A stretch of 64,000 nucleotides of DNA from Planctomycetota bacterium (GTDB lineage: Bacteria > Planctomycetota > UBA1135), in contig JASFYO010000010.1 of NCBI GenBank assembly GCA_045047305.1, forward strand, positions 1 through 64,000, written 5' to 3'. Of this stretch, positions 10,614-19,701 are shown one piece after another. A program made the translations under genes and the position numbers. The notes below the pieces were generated by a model. The model worked only from the letters and a program-made list of their open reading frames with translations, was not told where the DNA came from and made no database searches. Numbering within the stretch: the stretch's first letter is position 1; each line of letters begins with the position of its first letter.

Positions 10614-11272
10614 GTACTCCTTTGCTCGACGTTCAATCTGTGCATAAATCCTTTGCTAGCCAAAGCATTCTGGCTGAGCTCTCATTGCAATTAGATGCGG
10701 GCCAACGCATGTCCATTCAAGGCCCTTCCGGCTGCGGAAAATCCACCTTATTGCGCATCTTAGCTGGCTTAGAAAACGCTGACCATGGCCGCATTTTCCT
10801 GCATGACCAAGAAGCCAACCGCGATAAAAAAATCTTGCTGCAGCCGTGGCAACGTGGGATTCAAATGGTGTTTCAAGACCTTGGCCTATGGCCAACCCGT
10901 AGCGTACTACAACACCTCGTGGATGTGCGTAAAGCAAGTGGACTTCCGCTACCCAAAGCCGTAGGTGAAAAGATCCTCGCACAACTCGGACTCATCGAAT
11001 TCAAAAACCGTCGGCCAGGAAAATTGTCTGGCGGAGAAGCCCGACGCCTTGCATTCGCACGGGTTATGGCTCTTGAGCCCAAACTTATCTTGCTAGACGA
11101 GGCCTTCTCCAGTCTCGACCCAGACAACCGTGAACAAGGATTCGAAGTCTTGGAACAAGTTCTGAGTGCAACTGGCGCCGCCGTCATCCTGGTGACTCAT
11201 GACCCCGCCGAAGCCAAACGACTAGGCGGAAAGGCCTACCGCATGATGGAGGGCAAACTCCAATGCGTGTAA
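10610..11272 (+). CDS. ABC transporter ATP-binding protein
   Basis: GPSGCGKST, LSGGE, LLDEAF, VTHD; ATGA overlap places the start at 10610. Confidence 0.92.
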   Translation: MSTPLLDVQSVHKSFASQSILAELSLQLDAGQRMSIQGPSGCGKSTLLRILAGLENADHGRIFLHDQEANRDKKILLQPWQRGIQMVFQDLGLWPTRSVLQHLVDVRKASGLPLPKAVGEKILAQLGLIEFKNRRPGKLSGGEARRLAFARVMALEPKLILLDEAFSSLDPDNREQGFEVLEQVLSATGAAVILVTHDPAEAKRLGGKAYRMMEGKLQCV

Positions 11273-12237
11273 GCACCGTCCTCAGTTTCCTTTTTGTTGC
11301 AGCAGGCTTGGTCGTGCTGGTCAAGCTTCTTACCCCACCGGCAAGCGATGAACCATTACGCTTACTTTCCTCTGGACAATGCTTGGAATGCCACGCCGAC
11401 GTCGGCAAAGAATGGCAGGCTTCGCACCACAAATTTGCCTACGAAAATCCTGAGGTGCGCAAGCTATCCAATAATTTTGCCAACCAAGAATGCATTGCAT
11501 GCCACGCACCACGCCCGGTTTTAAACTTCGAACCTGGTGAACGCGTACTCGCACGCCAAAGCGACCGCGGCCTGGGAGTTGATTGCCTGGCCTGTCATGC
11601 GCATCCTGACGGAGGGGTGGGAACGAGCAATTTGGCGGCAAAACTAGACGCCCCTTGTCGCCCCAAGATTGTGCCACGCATGGCGTCGGTGGAGCACTGT
11701 GCTGCTTGTCACAATCAACATAAGACGGTGGAACAATGGCGCGGCGCACCGGAAAATCTCAAGGGCGACAACTGCCTTGATTGTCACATGCCTGAAACTT
11801 GGCGTGAAGGTGGGCGTAAGGGGCGTAATCACAGTTTTCCTGCGAGTCATGACTTGCCAAGCTTGCAATCAGCAGTATCGATGCAAGCTGGCTGGGATAC
11901 AGATGGTCCATGGGTGAGGGTCACCAATAATGGTGCCGGCCATAACTTCCCCACCGATGAGCGGTCGCGTGCAGCGGACCTTCAAGTGCGCTGGAAAAAC
12001 GCACAAGGAGAATGGGGCGTGTGGAAACACGTCTATCGCTTCCGGGACCCCTATCGCGACGAAACCGATCTCACCAATACCCAAATTCCGTCGGGAGGAA
12101 CCCAGCGCTTTGCCTTGTCGCAAGAAGCGGATGCAAGAGAGGGCCAAGTGCGTTTGCTTTATCGCACCAACCCCTATTTGCCGGATACCGAATCGGTACA
12201 ACTTCATTCCCTCACAATAATCAGGGACACGCAATGA
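11263..12237 (+). CDS. Membrane-anchored multiheme cytochrome c (c554-like, five CxxCH)
   Basis: CLECH, CIACH, CLACH, CAACH, CLDCH; N-terminal TM helix; GHNFPT motif. Confidence 0.88.
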   Translation: MRVSTVLSFLFVAAGLVVLVKLLTPPASDEPLRLLSSGQCLECHADVGKEWQASHHKFAYENPEVRKLSNNFANQECIACHAPRPVLNFEPGERVLARQSDRGLGVDCLACHAHPDGGVGTSNLAAKLDAPCRPKIVPRMASVEHCAACHNQHKTVEQWRGAPENLKGDNCLDCHMPETWREGGRKGRNHSFPASHDLPSLQSAVSMQAGWDTDGPWVRVTNNGAGHNFPTDERSRAADLQVRWKNAQGEWGVWKHVYRFRDPYRDETDLTNTQIPSGGTQRFALSQEADAREGQVRLLYRTNPYLPDTESVQLHSLTIIRDTQ

Positions 12238-13502
12238 TCCGAATGGGTATTGCAAGCTTTATCCTGCTTGGCATGGGCACGGCATGCACGAAATCAGAAG
12301 TGGCCTTAAATTCCGAAACCGCGGCACCGGGATGGACACCTGTGGTGCAAAATCATTTGGACTCCTTCGCCGAGGACGCCCTGCCGCAATCAACTGCGGA
12401 GGAACAGGCAGAGGTTTTAGATCTTCTTGACTTATCACTTAGCAGCGACAAAGGACACCACCAAGCCAATCACGTACTCAACGCCGAGAAACCGGATAGG
12501 GTGACGTCAATTATGCTTGCTCTCGTAGAAGGGCGTGAGGCCAATACCGAGATCAAGGCTGAGGCTTACAAATGGTTAAGCAAGCATGGGGTCGAAGCCA
12601 TGGTTCCACGCTTAACTTTACGATTTAAATATGAAAAGGATTGGGCGGCAAATGTGGATATGACTACCGGCCTTTTGCGCTTCGGCTGCGGTGCTGGCCT
12701 AGCCGCACTGATCACCATCCTTCAAACTGAAGAGGGTGTCAATGACTTGGACCATGCACGTTGGTCTGCGATTGCGGCACTGCGCAACTTGCCTCCAGCA
12801 CCAGGCTGGGTTCCAGGCGAAAATTTCGATAGTGATTGGCAACGTTTACTGACTGTAGAACGAGAATGGCGGTCGAGCCATGTACTTTCTGGTTTCGAAG
12901 ACTCTCCAGCCCCCTCCCGTGGTTATCGGGCTGAAATTTGGAAAACTTTGGCGAAGTTTCGCTCGCAACCATTACGGCCAGTGGATGACGCCCGCTTCGT
13001 TTTGATGCGCCAAGCCACTTGGGCCTTCCCCGCTATCGTTGAAACCACTTACGACGAAAATGGGTATGTTCGCGAGCACGCCCTGCAAACCCTTGCCTGG
13101 ACGGGCTCACCTATCGGTGTTTGGGCAACCCGCACCGACTTTGATTTAGCCGGCCAACTTGCACCACTTCTAGGCGACGGACGCTTACGCGGACGGGTCC
13201 TGGAGGCCATGGGGGCTAGTGGCCTGAGTGTCATGCAAAATGCCATCCTTCCGTGGTTACGCGAAGGAAATAGAGAAGAGAGTACTGCAGCAGCCGATGC
13301 CCTTTTACGTTGCGCCAACCGCGACATCCTGCGCCCGATTGAATCCTTGTTGGCCAGCAGTCCGACGCTCAGCCCAGAGGGACATTATGCGTTGGAATGC
13401 CTGCGCCATGCCTTAGATCAAGAATATGTCAAGCAAACACCAGTTGGCGTCGATCCGAGTGAAATTTCAAGACGAAATCGCTGGGCTTCCGAGCGCCAAT
13501 AG
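12234..13502 (+). CDS. HEAT-repeat-like lipoprotein
   Basis: Start at ATG 12234 (ATGA overlap) gives lipobox MGTAC; helical repeats such as YVREHALQTLA and LRGRVLEAMG. Confidence 0.6.
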   Translation: MIRMGIASFILLGMGTACTKSEVALNSETAAPGWTPVVQNHLDSFAEDALPQSTAEEQAEVLDLLDLSLSSDKGHHQANHVLNAEKPDRVTSIMLALVEGREANTEIKAEAYKWLSKHGVEAMVPRLTLRFKYEKDWAANVDMTTGLLRFGCGAGLAALITILQTEEGVNDLDHARWSAIAALRNLPPAPGWVPGENFDSDWQRLLTVEREWRSSHVLSGFEDSPAPSRGYRAEIWKTLAKFRSQPLRPVDDARFVLMRQATWAFPAIVETTYDENGYVREHALQTLAWTGSPIGVWATRTDFDLAGQLAPLLGDGRLRGRVLEAMGASGLSVMQNAILPWLREGNREESTAAADALLRCANRDILRPIESLLASSPTLSPEGHYALECLRHALDQEYVKQTPVGVDPSEISRRNRWASERQ

Positions 13503-13504
13503 AT

Positions 13505-14326
13505 CTATCCAGTGGCGCCGGGCAAGGTAGAAAACCAAGCCAGAATCAACAGACAGACAGCCACTGCAATTGCCACGTGAACATTACGCATAGTTGCATG
13601 CTGCAAGGTTGAGTGCATCTTGCGATCCCATGCCGTGGACCCATGATCTACATATTCCTTAAAGGCCAACCCCTGAAATAGCAGGTTCATCGGGAATAGA
13701 CCAAGGCACATACCCTGCACCATAACCATCACAGCTCGACGAAAGGCTTCACCATAGGTTAGTAATCGGTTTTCCTCATGCACCACCCGAATGCGGAAAA
13801 TCCACTTGCCGGGGGTCATCCCCCATTTTGAGAGTGCATAAGACTCAAAAATAGCGAGTACACCGAAAGTGACCAGAGCACTGAAAAGAAGATTCGCTAT
13901 GGTTACCTCAGAGGCGCTTTCTACTGGAACCAGCAAGCTCAACAAAATCATCACTAGGTGGTAATCAATGAGCCGTGCGAGGAAACGGTTCCAGGCCAAA
14001 CGCATACGCGCTGACTGGGCCGGAGTCCGGCTCCCCGAACCGCCACTTATGGTCTCGGCGGCGCTAGCGAAAGGATTAGAGCGCACACTTGCACTCGCGG
14101 TCGAAGGTGCAGCCTTTGGCTGTACAACTGGAACTGGTTCTGGGGACGGGGGCGCGGGGCGGTAAAGCGCTGGCACCTTCTCTGCAGAAGCCCAATCCGA
14201 CATGCCCTTAGACCAGACCTTTATGTCTACCGGGAGGTTCCCACCCAGCAACATGCTGCGCAACTCATCCTCGGCGATAGGCCCCTTCTGTTGGTCCCCG
14301 AGCGCGTAATACCATTCCGCGCTCAT
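13505..14326 (-). CDS. GYF_2 (DUF4339) + RDD family membrane protein
   Basis: N-terminal WYY...QKGP...VWSKGMSDW; RFLARLID, TPGKWIFRIRVV and WDR motifs of RDD. Confidence 0.85.
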   Translation of the reverse strand: MSAEWYYALGDQQKGPIAEDELRSMLLGGNLPVDIKVWSKGMSDWASAEKVPALYRPAPPSPEPVPVVQPKAAPSTASASVRSNPFASAAETISGGSGSRTPAQSARMRLAWNRFLARLIDYHLVMILLSLLVPVESASEVTIANLLFSALVTFGVLAIFESYALSKWGMTPGKWIFRIRVVHEENRLLTYGEAFRRAVMVMVQGMCLGLFPMNLLFQGLAFKEYVDHGSTAWDRKMHSTLQHATMRNVHVAIAVAVCLLILAWFSTLPGATG

Positions 14327-14673
14327 GACTTGGTCGCCTCGTCATACATAGGTTCACAATAGCCAACCACTAGGGTGCGGCCGAGACGCAACGTTGGGGC
14401 GCGTAAATTTCCAGTGGGTCCTAACATGGTCTTCCTTGCTTGCTCCGATACCTTTAGGTCCGAGCTAAGGTATTTTACATACTTTTTACCGCGCCCGATG
14501 AACACTTGATCCACCTTGTCTAGAAGAGCACGGGCGGCGCTTGCCCCTTGAGGCTCTTTGCGCGCGTCGACCATCTGAGAGGCCTCGAAACCGTGTTTCT
14601 GCAGATAACTATCCGCATGGGTGCACGACGTTCAGCTCTTCCGATGCAGGTACCAATCAAGAGTCAAAGCCAT
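14323..14673 (-). CDS. ArsC/Spx-like thioredoxin-fold selenoprotein (Sec at in-frame UGA 14634-14632, UxxC motif), 116 aa
   Basis: Reading upstream of the 83-aa ORF in frame gives MALTLDWYLHRKS-UGA-TSCTHADSYLQKHGFEASQMVDARK...; C-terminal LGPTGNLRAPTLRLGRTLVVGY; SECIS-like hairpin follows the UGA; TACAAT lies 6 nt before the ATG. Confidence 0.85.
14591..14631 (-). promoter_or_regulatory. Putative bacterial SECIS element
   Basis: Directly 3' of the UGA: stem UGCGGAU/AUCUGCA with loop AGUU (G at position 2) starting 22 nt after the UGA, plus lower CGUG/CACG pairing. Confidence 0.7.
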
Positions 14674-14701
14674 GAGGCCATTGTACCCGCAAGTCCACCC
14701 T

Positions 14702-15577
14702 CTAAGGGTTGGCCTTGCGAACTCTTGCCCAGAATGCGGCAACCAAAGCCCAGGCAGCGGCAGCACAAACTGCGGAAGGGCCATATGGCCAATCTAGCTC
14801 TAAAGACAAGGGCCAAGCTACCAGAACACAACCGATGCCGACACCCAAAACATGCAGTAGGAATTGGTTCATGTTGTGCGCAAGTGACCTTGCCGCCAAC
14901 GGAGGTAAAAACAACAAACCAAAAACCAAAATTGGCCCCACGGTCATGACACCAGCTCCAATGGTGAAACCAATGAGTAGCAACTGCAAAATTTCAACCA
15001 ACTTCACCGGCAAGCCTAAGGAGACCGCTTGGTCGTGATCAAAAGCGGAAACGATAAGGGCTTTACGGAATCCAATGAGGAAAATGAAACACAGCACACT
15101 GGCACTCGACAGCACCATCAGCCCGTGAATGTCTAAGAGTAAGACTTCTCCGCGCATCATCGTTTCAGCAAGGTTATTACCTGCCGGCGCCGAGGTCAGA
15201 AACAAAATGGACAAGGCAGATGCGGTTGCAAAAGCACCGGCCAAAACTGCGCCGGAATCCCGCGGACCTTTTGCCATGGCACCAAATACGGCAAGGGCTA
15301 AACATGCCGAACCAGCCGCGAATGGCAATAGGTAAGACATGGGCGGATGTCCATGATCGAGGAAATAGGCGCTCATGGTGGGAAACCATGGCAACAACAG
15401 AAGACCCAGTGCAATCCCAGCTGCGGCGAACTGCGGTACCGCAATCCCTAAGAAAGCTTCGCGGCGCAAGAACATTAAGGCTCCAATGAGAGGCATGACA
15501 ATGCCAACCACTAGGGAAGCCAGAAAACTCAAGCCAAACAGCTCACGGTAAAGGTCGAAATCTTGAATTAAGTCCAT
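14702..15577 (-). CDS. Zn/Mn ABC transporter permease (ZnuB-like)
   Basis: Multi-TM; RREAFLGIAVPQFAAAG, AFDHDQAVSLGL, VGPILVFGLLFLP. Confidence 0.85.
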   Translation of the reverse strand: MDLIQDFDLYRELFGLSFLASLVVGIVMPLIGALMFLRREAFLGIAVPQFAAAGIALGLLLLPWFPTMSAYFLDHGHPPMSYLLPFAAGSACLALAVFGAMAKGPRDSGAVLAGAFATASALSILFLTSAPAGNNLAETMMRGEVLLLDIHGLMVLSSASVLCFIFLIGFRKALIVSAFDHDQAVSLGLPVKLVEILQLLLIGFTIGAGVMTVGPILVFGLLFLPPLAARSLAHNMNQFLLHVLGVGIGCVLVAWPLSLELDWPYGPSAVCAAAAWALVAAFWARVRKANP

Positions 15578-16248
15578 AATTTCTCCAAGCCCTCGGCGCT
15601 ACACATGATTTGCGGAGGAAGCTCTTCAAGCAAGCCGTTCTTCACCAGGATAGAACGATTCACGTGATTGCGTAAAGCCAAAGGTTGATGGCTCACTAGG
15701 ACAATGGAAGTCCCCACCAGCATTTGTTGCTTCAACAATTCTAAAATGATCGAGGTTGCCCGTGCGTCGACTCCGGAAACCGGTTCATCCAAAAGCAGGA
15801 AATTGGGCTTTAGCACGAGTGAACGAGCGAGCAGGACGCGCTGTTTCTGCCCCCCAGACAAGCGCCCAAAAGCTTGCTTCAGTCTGGCCTCCATAGAAAC
15901 TAAGGCAAGAGCGTGATGTACGCGTTGTTTCCTTTCCTGCGAGTTCAAACGCACCCCTTTACCCCATAGGCCCATTTGGACCACATCTGAAACGGATGCG
16001 GGGAAGCCTGCATCGAGTTGTAGTTGCTGCGGAACGTATCCGAGAATCAGGTCCGAGGAAGCCTCACGCCTTCCTTTGAGTGTTGGCAACACACCCAACA
16101 AACTGCGCACCAGGGTGCTTTTCCCAGCACCATTGGCTCCAGCCAACAACAGGAAATCCCCTTCCTCAATGCTCAGGTTTACATTTTCCAGTACCGCACT
16201 TCCTGTTTGATAGCCAAGGTTCGCATCGACTAACCGTAAACGGCTCAT
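15568..16248 (-). CDS. Zn/Mn ABC transporter ATPase (ZnuC-like)
   Basis: GANGAGKST, GYVPQ, LSGGQKQRVLLAR, LLDEPVSGVD. Confidence 0.9.
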   Translation of the reverse strand: MSRLRLVDANLGYQTGSAVLENVNLSIEEGDFLLLAGANGAGKSTLVRSLLGVLPTLKGRREASSDLILGYVPQQLQLDAGFPASVSDVVQMGLWGKGVRLNSQERKQRVHHALALVSMEARLKQAFGRLSGGQKQRVLLARSLVLKPNFLLLDEPVSGVDARATSIILELLKQQMLVGTSIVLVSHQPLALRNHVNRSILVKNGLLEELPPQIMCSAEGLEKLWT

Positions 16249-17192
16249 GAGGGTTTCTCCCCATTCTCCTGCGCTTCTGGCTTGGGCAAGCCATAAGCCT
16301 GGCGCATTTGCAAAATGAGAAATTCAATGTAATCCAAATACTCGACCTGGTCTTTGCGCAACCCACTTGTAGTAGCCACCTTGACCACGTGCAGGTCATC
16401 CTGCATCAAGCTCCGTAAACGTTGCTCGTTGTACCACGGTTCCATGAGCAGCATGTTCACATGCTGTGCTTGAATCACCTTCTTCACATTCACTAAATGT
16501 TTGGCACTGGGCGATAAGCCGGGTTTCGGCTCAATCTCCGCCGCAACCTCTAAACCATAACGCTTGGTGAAATAGGACCAACTCCGATGGTAAGTCACCA
16601 CAGCCTTCCCCTTTAGGGGGGCCATCCAACCTTGCCATTTCTTAATCCGAGCCTGCGCTTCGGTGTCCCAATCCAAGAATCGTTGTTGGAATTCAGATTT
16701 CCACTGGGGCGCCAGAGCCACCAGTAAATCATATGCGGCGCGGGCCATAATGCGGCCATTCTCGGGATCCAAATTGTAGTGAGGATTTCCACGCGGATGC
16801 AAATCTGCGCCTTGGCCTCGACTCAAAGTCTCCGGGACTTCGAGCGGAGTAATGCGCGTCCCCACATTCATATAACCCACTCCACCTGGGCGTATAGAAT
16901 TCTTGCGCGTCTTCTCCAAAAGAGCAGGCAGAAAAGCGTGCTCGTAGTCTAAACCCATCAAAATGAGTCCATCGGCACGGCTTAACTTAAGCAGTAACGA
17001 TGCTTTGGGAAGAATCGAGTGCGGATCGTTTCCTGGCGGGACCAACACTTGCACATGAACATGGTCGCCCCCGATGGTGGAAACCAGATTCCCTAAATCG
17101 GGAATCGTGGCGACGATTTCAAGACGATCCTGCGCGATGGCCGGAGCGCCACAGAAAAGCAAAAGGAATGTGGTGAGTAGAGCATTTTTCAT
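16245..17192 (-). CDS. Zn/Mn ABC substrate-binding protein (ZnuA/TroA cluster)
   Basis: Signal peptide; DPH, HPRGNPHYNLDP, TYHRSWSY, EPKPG metal-site motifs. Confidence 0.9.
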   Translation of the reverse strand: MKNALLTTFLLLFCGAPAIAQDRLEIVATIPDLGNLVSTIGGDHVHVQVLVPPGNDPHSILPKASLLLKLSRADGLILMGLDYEHAFLPALLEKTRKNSIRPGGVGYMNVGTRITPLEVPETLSRGQGADLHPRGNPHYNLDPENGRIMARAAYDLLVALAPQWKSEFQQRFLDWDTEAQARIKKWQGWMAPLKGKAVVTYHRSWSYFTKRYGLEVAAEIEPKPGLSPSAKHLVNVKKVIQAQHVNMLLMEPWYNEQRLRSLMQDDLHVVKVATTSGLRKDQVEYLDYIEFLILQMRQAYGLPKPEAQENGEKPS

Positions 17193-17194
17193 GA

Positions 17195-18478
17195 CTACCA
17201 GTCCAAAGGATGACTATGACTACCCAGAATGATGTCCCACTGCACTGCAAGAGACCATACTGCTGAGGATCCCACCGCCAGATCTTGTGTTACTTGCGTA
17301 CGCAGGCGATTAAATTCACTGAAGTTATGGGTAACAAAGACACCGCGTTGCCCACCCGCTTGTGCCGAAGAAAACCAGTCGCTACCCACCGTATTGAGTG
17401 GATCCTGCCACCAGGCAGCTTCTACGCCTGCCCCCCAGTAAGGGTTAAACTCGTATTCGTAAAAGCCCCACAGGCCATTTGCATCACGGCTTACTTGATT
17501 CGAAGCTCCGTCGATGGTGTCGCGCTGGTTGCGCCATAACTCCACCGACCAGGTCGATGCTGAGTGGTCAGAGGCATCGACGTCGCGCAAAGTAAGGTCG
17601 ATAGCGAAGGTGGTTTGACCTAGGCCAAATTCTTGATCCACGATGCCATCGGAATTGGTGTCATTCTGATCCACAATCCCGCTACCAGTATGGAAAAAGC
17701 TCAAGCCATACTGGAAGAAACCATTGACGCCATAGTCTTGTTGCGCCGCCACGCGTCCGGTAAAGCCAAACTCCGAAAAGTCATGGTTGTCAATCACGCC
17801 TGAGCCAAAGCTGCTCCCTTGCGTATGCGGTCCTGGTCCAGTTTGAATCGGGTTACTCGCGCCAAAGGAAGATAATACGCCCAAAGACCAACGCACCGGG
17901 ATATCACCCATCCCCGTCCATTGGTTCAATTCAATTCCAGTGCCATTGAGATTGCCACCAAAAAAAGCCGTACGCACACCATCTTCAAACACAAAACTTT
18001 TATCGTGCAGATGGATGGTGTTCCATTTGCCAAAGTCAGCGAGCATTTTTCCAACACGGAGACTCATGTTGGCGGGGAGCTGATCCATGATTAAGGCAGC
18101 TTCTTCTACAGAAAAAATGTCATCTTCGTACGCGATGACGGCGTAAGCCCAACCAAGCGGATCAATCCGACTGGCGAGATCAATTTCCACGCTGCGCATG
18201 TCAAAGCCGTCGACCCCGGCTCCACGTTCCTCGCTAAAGGTAGCTAGGCCATCGAAAATCAACCCCATTGCGGGATTAAAACTAGGGTCGAAGCGCGAGG
18301 TGAATCCGGAACCACCGCCGCCCATGGTCCCAGGGAAAGTGGTGTCGAGCATGCGACTGTTTAAGGTATCTTCGAGGTCATCGCCCTCGGTTTGCGCAAA
18401 AGCGGATTGCACGCAGAAAATCGACAAAAGGAGGGTGGCGCAAATGCCACCAAAGGAATTAGGTAAGGTCAAATCCAT
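17195..18478 (-). CDS. Outer-membrane beta-barrel protein of the type found with Zn ABC operons
   Basis: Signal peptide; FNPAMGLI, FGKWNTIHLHD, SEFNRLRTQ, C-terminal ILGSHSHPLDW; sits just upstream of znuA-like. Confidence 0.72.
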   Translation of the reverse strand: MDLTLPNSFGGICATLLLSIFCVQSAFAQTEGDDLEDTLNSRMLDTTFPGTMGGGGSGFTSRFDPSFNPAMGLIFDGLATFSEERGAGVDGFDMRSVEIDLASRIDPLGWAYAVIAYEDDIFSVEEAALIMDQLPANMSLRVGKMLADFGKWNTIHLHDKSFVFEDGVRTAFFGGNLNGTGIELNQWTGMGDIPVRWSLGVLSSFGASNPIQTGPGPHTQGSSFGSGVIDNHDFSEFGFTGRVAAQQDYGVNGFFQYGLSFFHTGSGIVDQNDTNSDGIVDQEFGLGQTTFAIDLTLRDVDASDHSASTWSVELWRNQRDTIDGASNQVSRDANGLWGFYEYEFNPYWGAGVEAAWWQDPLNTVGSDWFSSAQAGGQRGVFVTHNFSEFNRLRTQVTQDLAVGSSAVWSLAVQWDIILGSHSHPLDW

Positions 18479-18502
18479 GAGTAGGGAGTGGGTAAACGGA
18501 AG

Positions 18503-18527
18503 CTCAATCGACCCGAAGTCGATTGAG
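18503..18527 (-). promoter_or_regulatory. Stable intercistronic hairpin between leader ORF and receptor gene
   Basis: Perfect 10-bp inverted repeat CTCAATCGAC/GTCGATTGAG with a UUCG-containing loop on the - strand; no clean U-tract. Confidence 0.65.
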
Positions 18528-18538
18528 GAATTAAATCG

Positions 18539-18805
18539 TTACCTTGACCGCGGTGGTGCTCGTCCGCAGTAGTTCTTCACCACCGTAGACTCGGGCATCT
18601 GGGTCTGCATGATGCCCCTTACCTGGATGCGCCAGAAAAACATGAGTAAAATGACCCATCCACTGACACTCATTAAAACCACCCCATTTCCGCAAAGCGC
18701 AAAGGGGCCACAGTCCTGGCCCGCTTGATGCAACGGAGCATGCATCAAGCCGGCAAGCAAAAGCAAGCCGAGCAGCAGCCAACCGAGGCGTTGCACCATG
18801 GACAT
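18539..18805 (-). CDS. DUF2946/CruR-like leader protein with C-terminal RAPP arrest motif
   Basis: N-terminal hydrophobic segment, HAPLH...C-x5-C, C-terminal GRAPPRSR; TACACT 6 nt before the ATG; heads a metal-uptake operon. Confidence 0.65.
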   Translation of the reverse strand: MSMVQRLGWLLLGLLLLAGLMHAPLHQAGQDCGPFALCGNGVVLMSVSGWVILLMFFWRIQVRGIMQTQMPESTVVKNYCGRAPPRSR

Positions 18806-18845
18806 GTGTGTAGTGTAGTCGCCGATTCGTTAGATTGTCCAGTAC

Positions 18846-19655
18846 ATGTTGCGCATCCATACCCTCGCCAGCGGTTCCTCTGGGAATTGCGCCCTGATTG
18901 AGGCTGGGACTGGAGTCAACCGCGTGGTGCTGTGCTTGGATTCAGGAATCGCCCAACGTACGGCACGTGGATTCGCCGAGGCAGTCGGTCTGTCCATGAC
19001 CTCGGTTGATGCCGTTTTGCTCACCCACCGGCATAGCGACCACTCGGCGAATATTGTGCCGACGGCCTCGCGCGCCCAAGCTCCACTCTATGCCCACTCG
19101 GAAAGCCTCGGCACCAATCAACGCACCAGCATGGCCGAGATTACTCGCCGCAATGTCGAGGTGCGGAACTTCGTGGATCGTGGTTTCTTTAAAATCGGGC
19201 CTTTAGTGGTGACCCCAATCCAACTCCCCCACGACGCCGACCCTACCTTTGGATTCGTGTTTGAAACCGCCACTTCCAAAGCTGGTTTCTTCACCGATCT
19301 TGGACGCCCGGAAATCCTCATGCAACCAGGCCTGCTCGACGGCATGGAAACCTTGATACTGGAATCGAATCACGACGTAGAGATGTTAGCCAAAGGCCCT
19401 TATCCCCGCGCATTGCGTCAACGGGTTGGTGGAGATCTAGGGCACCTTTCCAATGCGCAAACTTTTGAAATCTTGGCTTCATCCGCACCAAAGACTTTGC
19501 AGCGCCTGGTGTTGGCACATCTATCGTTAAAGAATAACACCCAGAAGATGGCCCTAGAGAATGCACACGCAGCCCTACTGCAGCGTGGACTCAAGGATGT
19601 TCAATTGCACGTTGCACCTGCGCGAGGCCCCTTAGCGCGTAAGCTGCCCATGTAA
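18846..19655 (+). CDS. MBL-fold metallo-hydrolase (YycJ/WalJ-like)
   Basis: LASGSSGNC, THRHSDH, PHD, TDLG, LESNHD, GHLSN, LAHLS..NN. Confidence 0.88.
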   Translation: MLRIHTLASGSSGNCALIEAGTGVNRVVLCLDSGIAQRTARGFAEAVGLSMTSVDAVLLTHRHSDHSANIVPTASRAQAPLYAHSESLGTNQRTSMAEITRRNVEVRNFVDRGFFKIGPLVVTPIQLPHDADPTFGFVFETATSKAGFFTDLGRPEILMQPGLLDGMETLILESNHDVEMLAKGPYPRALRQRVGGDLGHLSNAQTFEILASSAPKTLQRLVLAHLSLKNNTQKMALENAHAALLQRGLKDVQLHVAPARGPLARKLPM

Positions 19656-19701
19656 TTCCAACAGCGGAGCGGCATTTACCCGGCATTCTTAAGTCTCATG
19701 A

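Noticed and set aside
14323..14574. 83-aa ORF as given in the track
   Set aside because: It is the C-terminal part of the UGA-readthrough selenoprotein starting at 14673.
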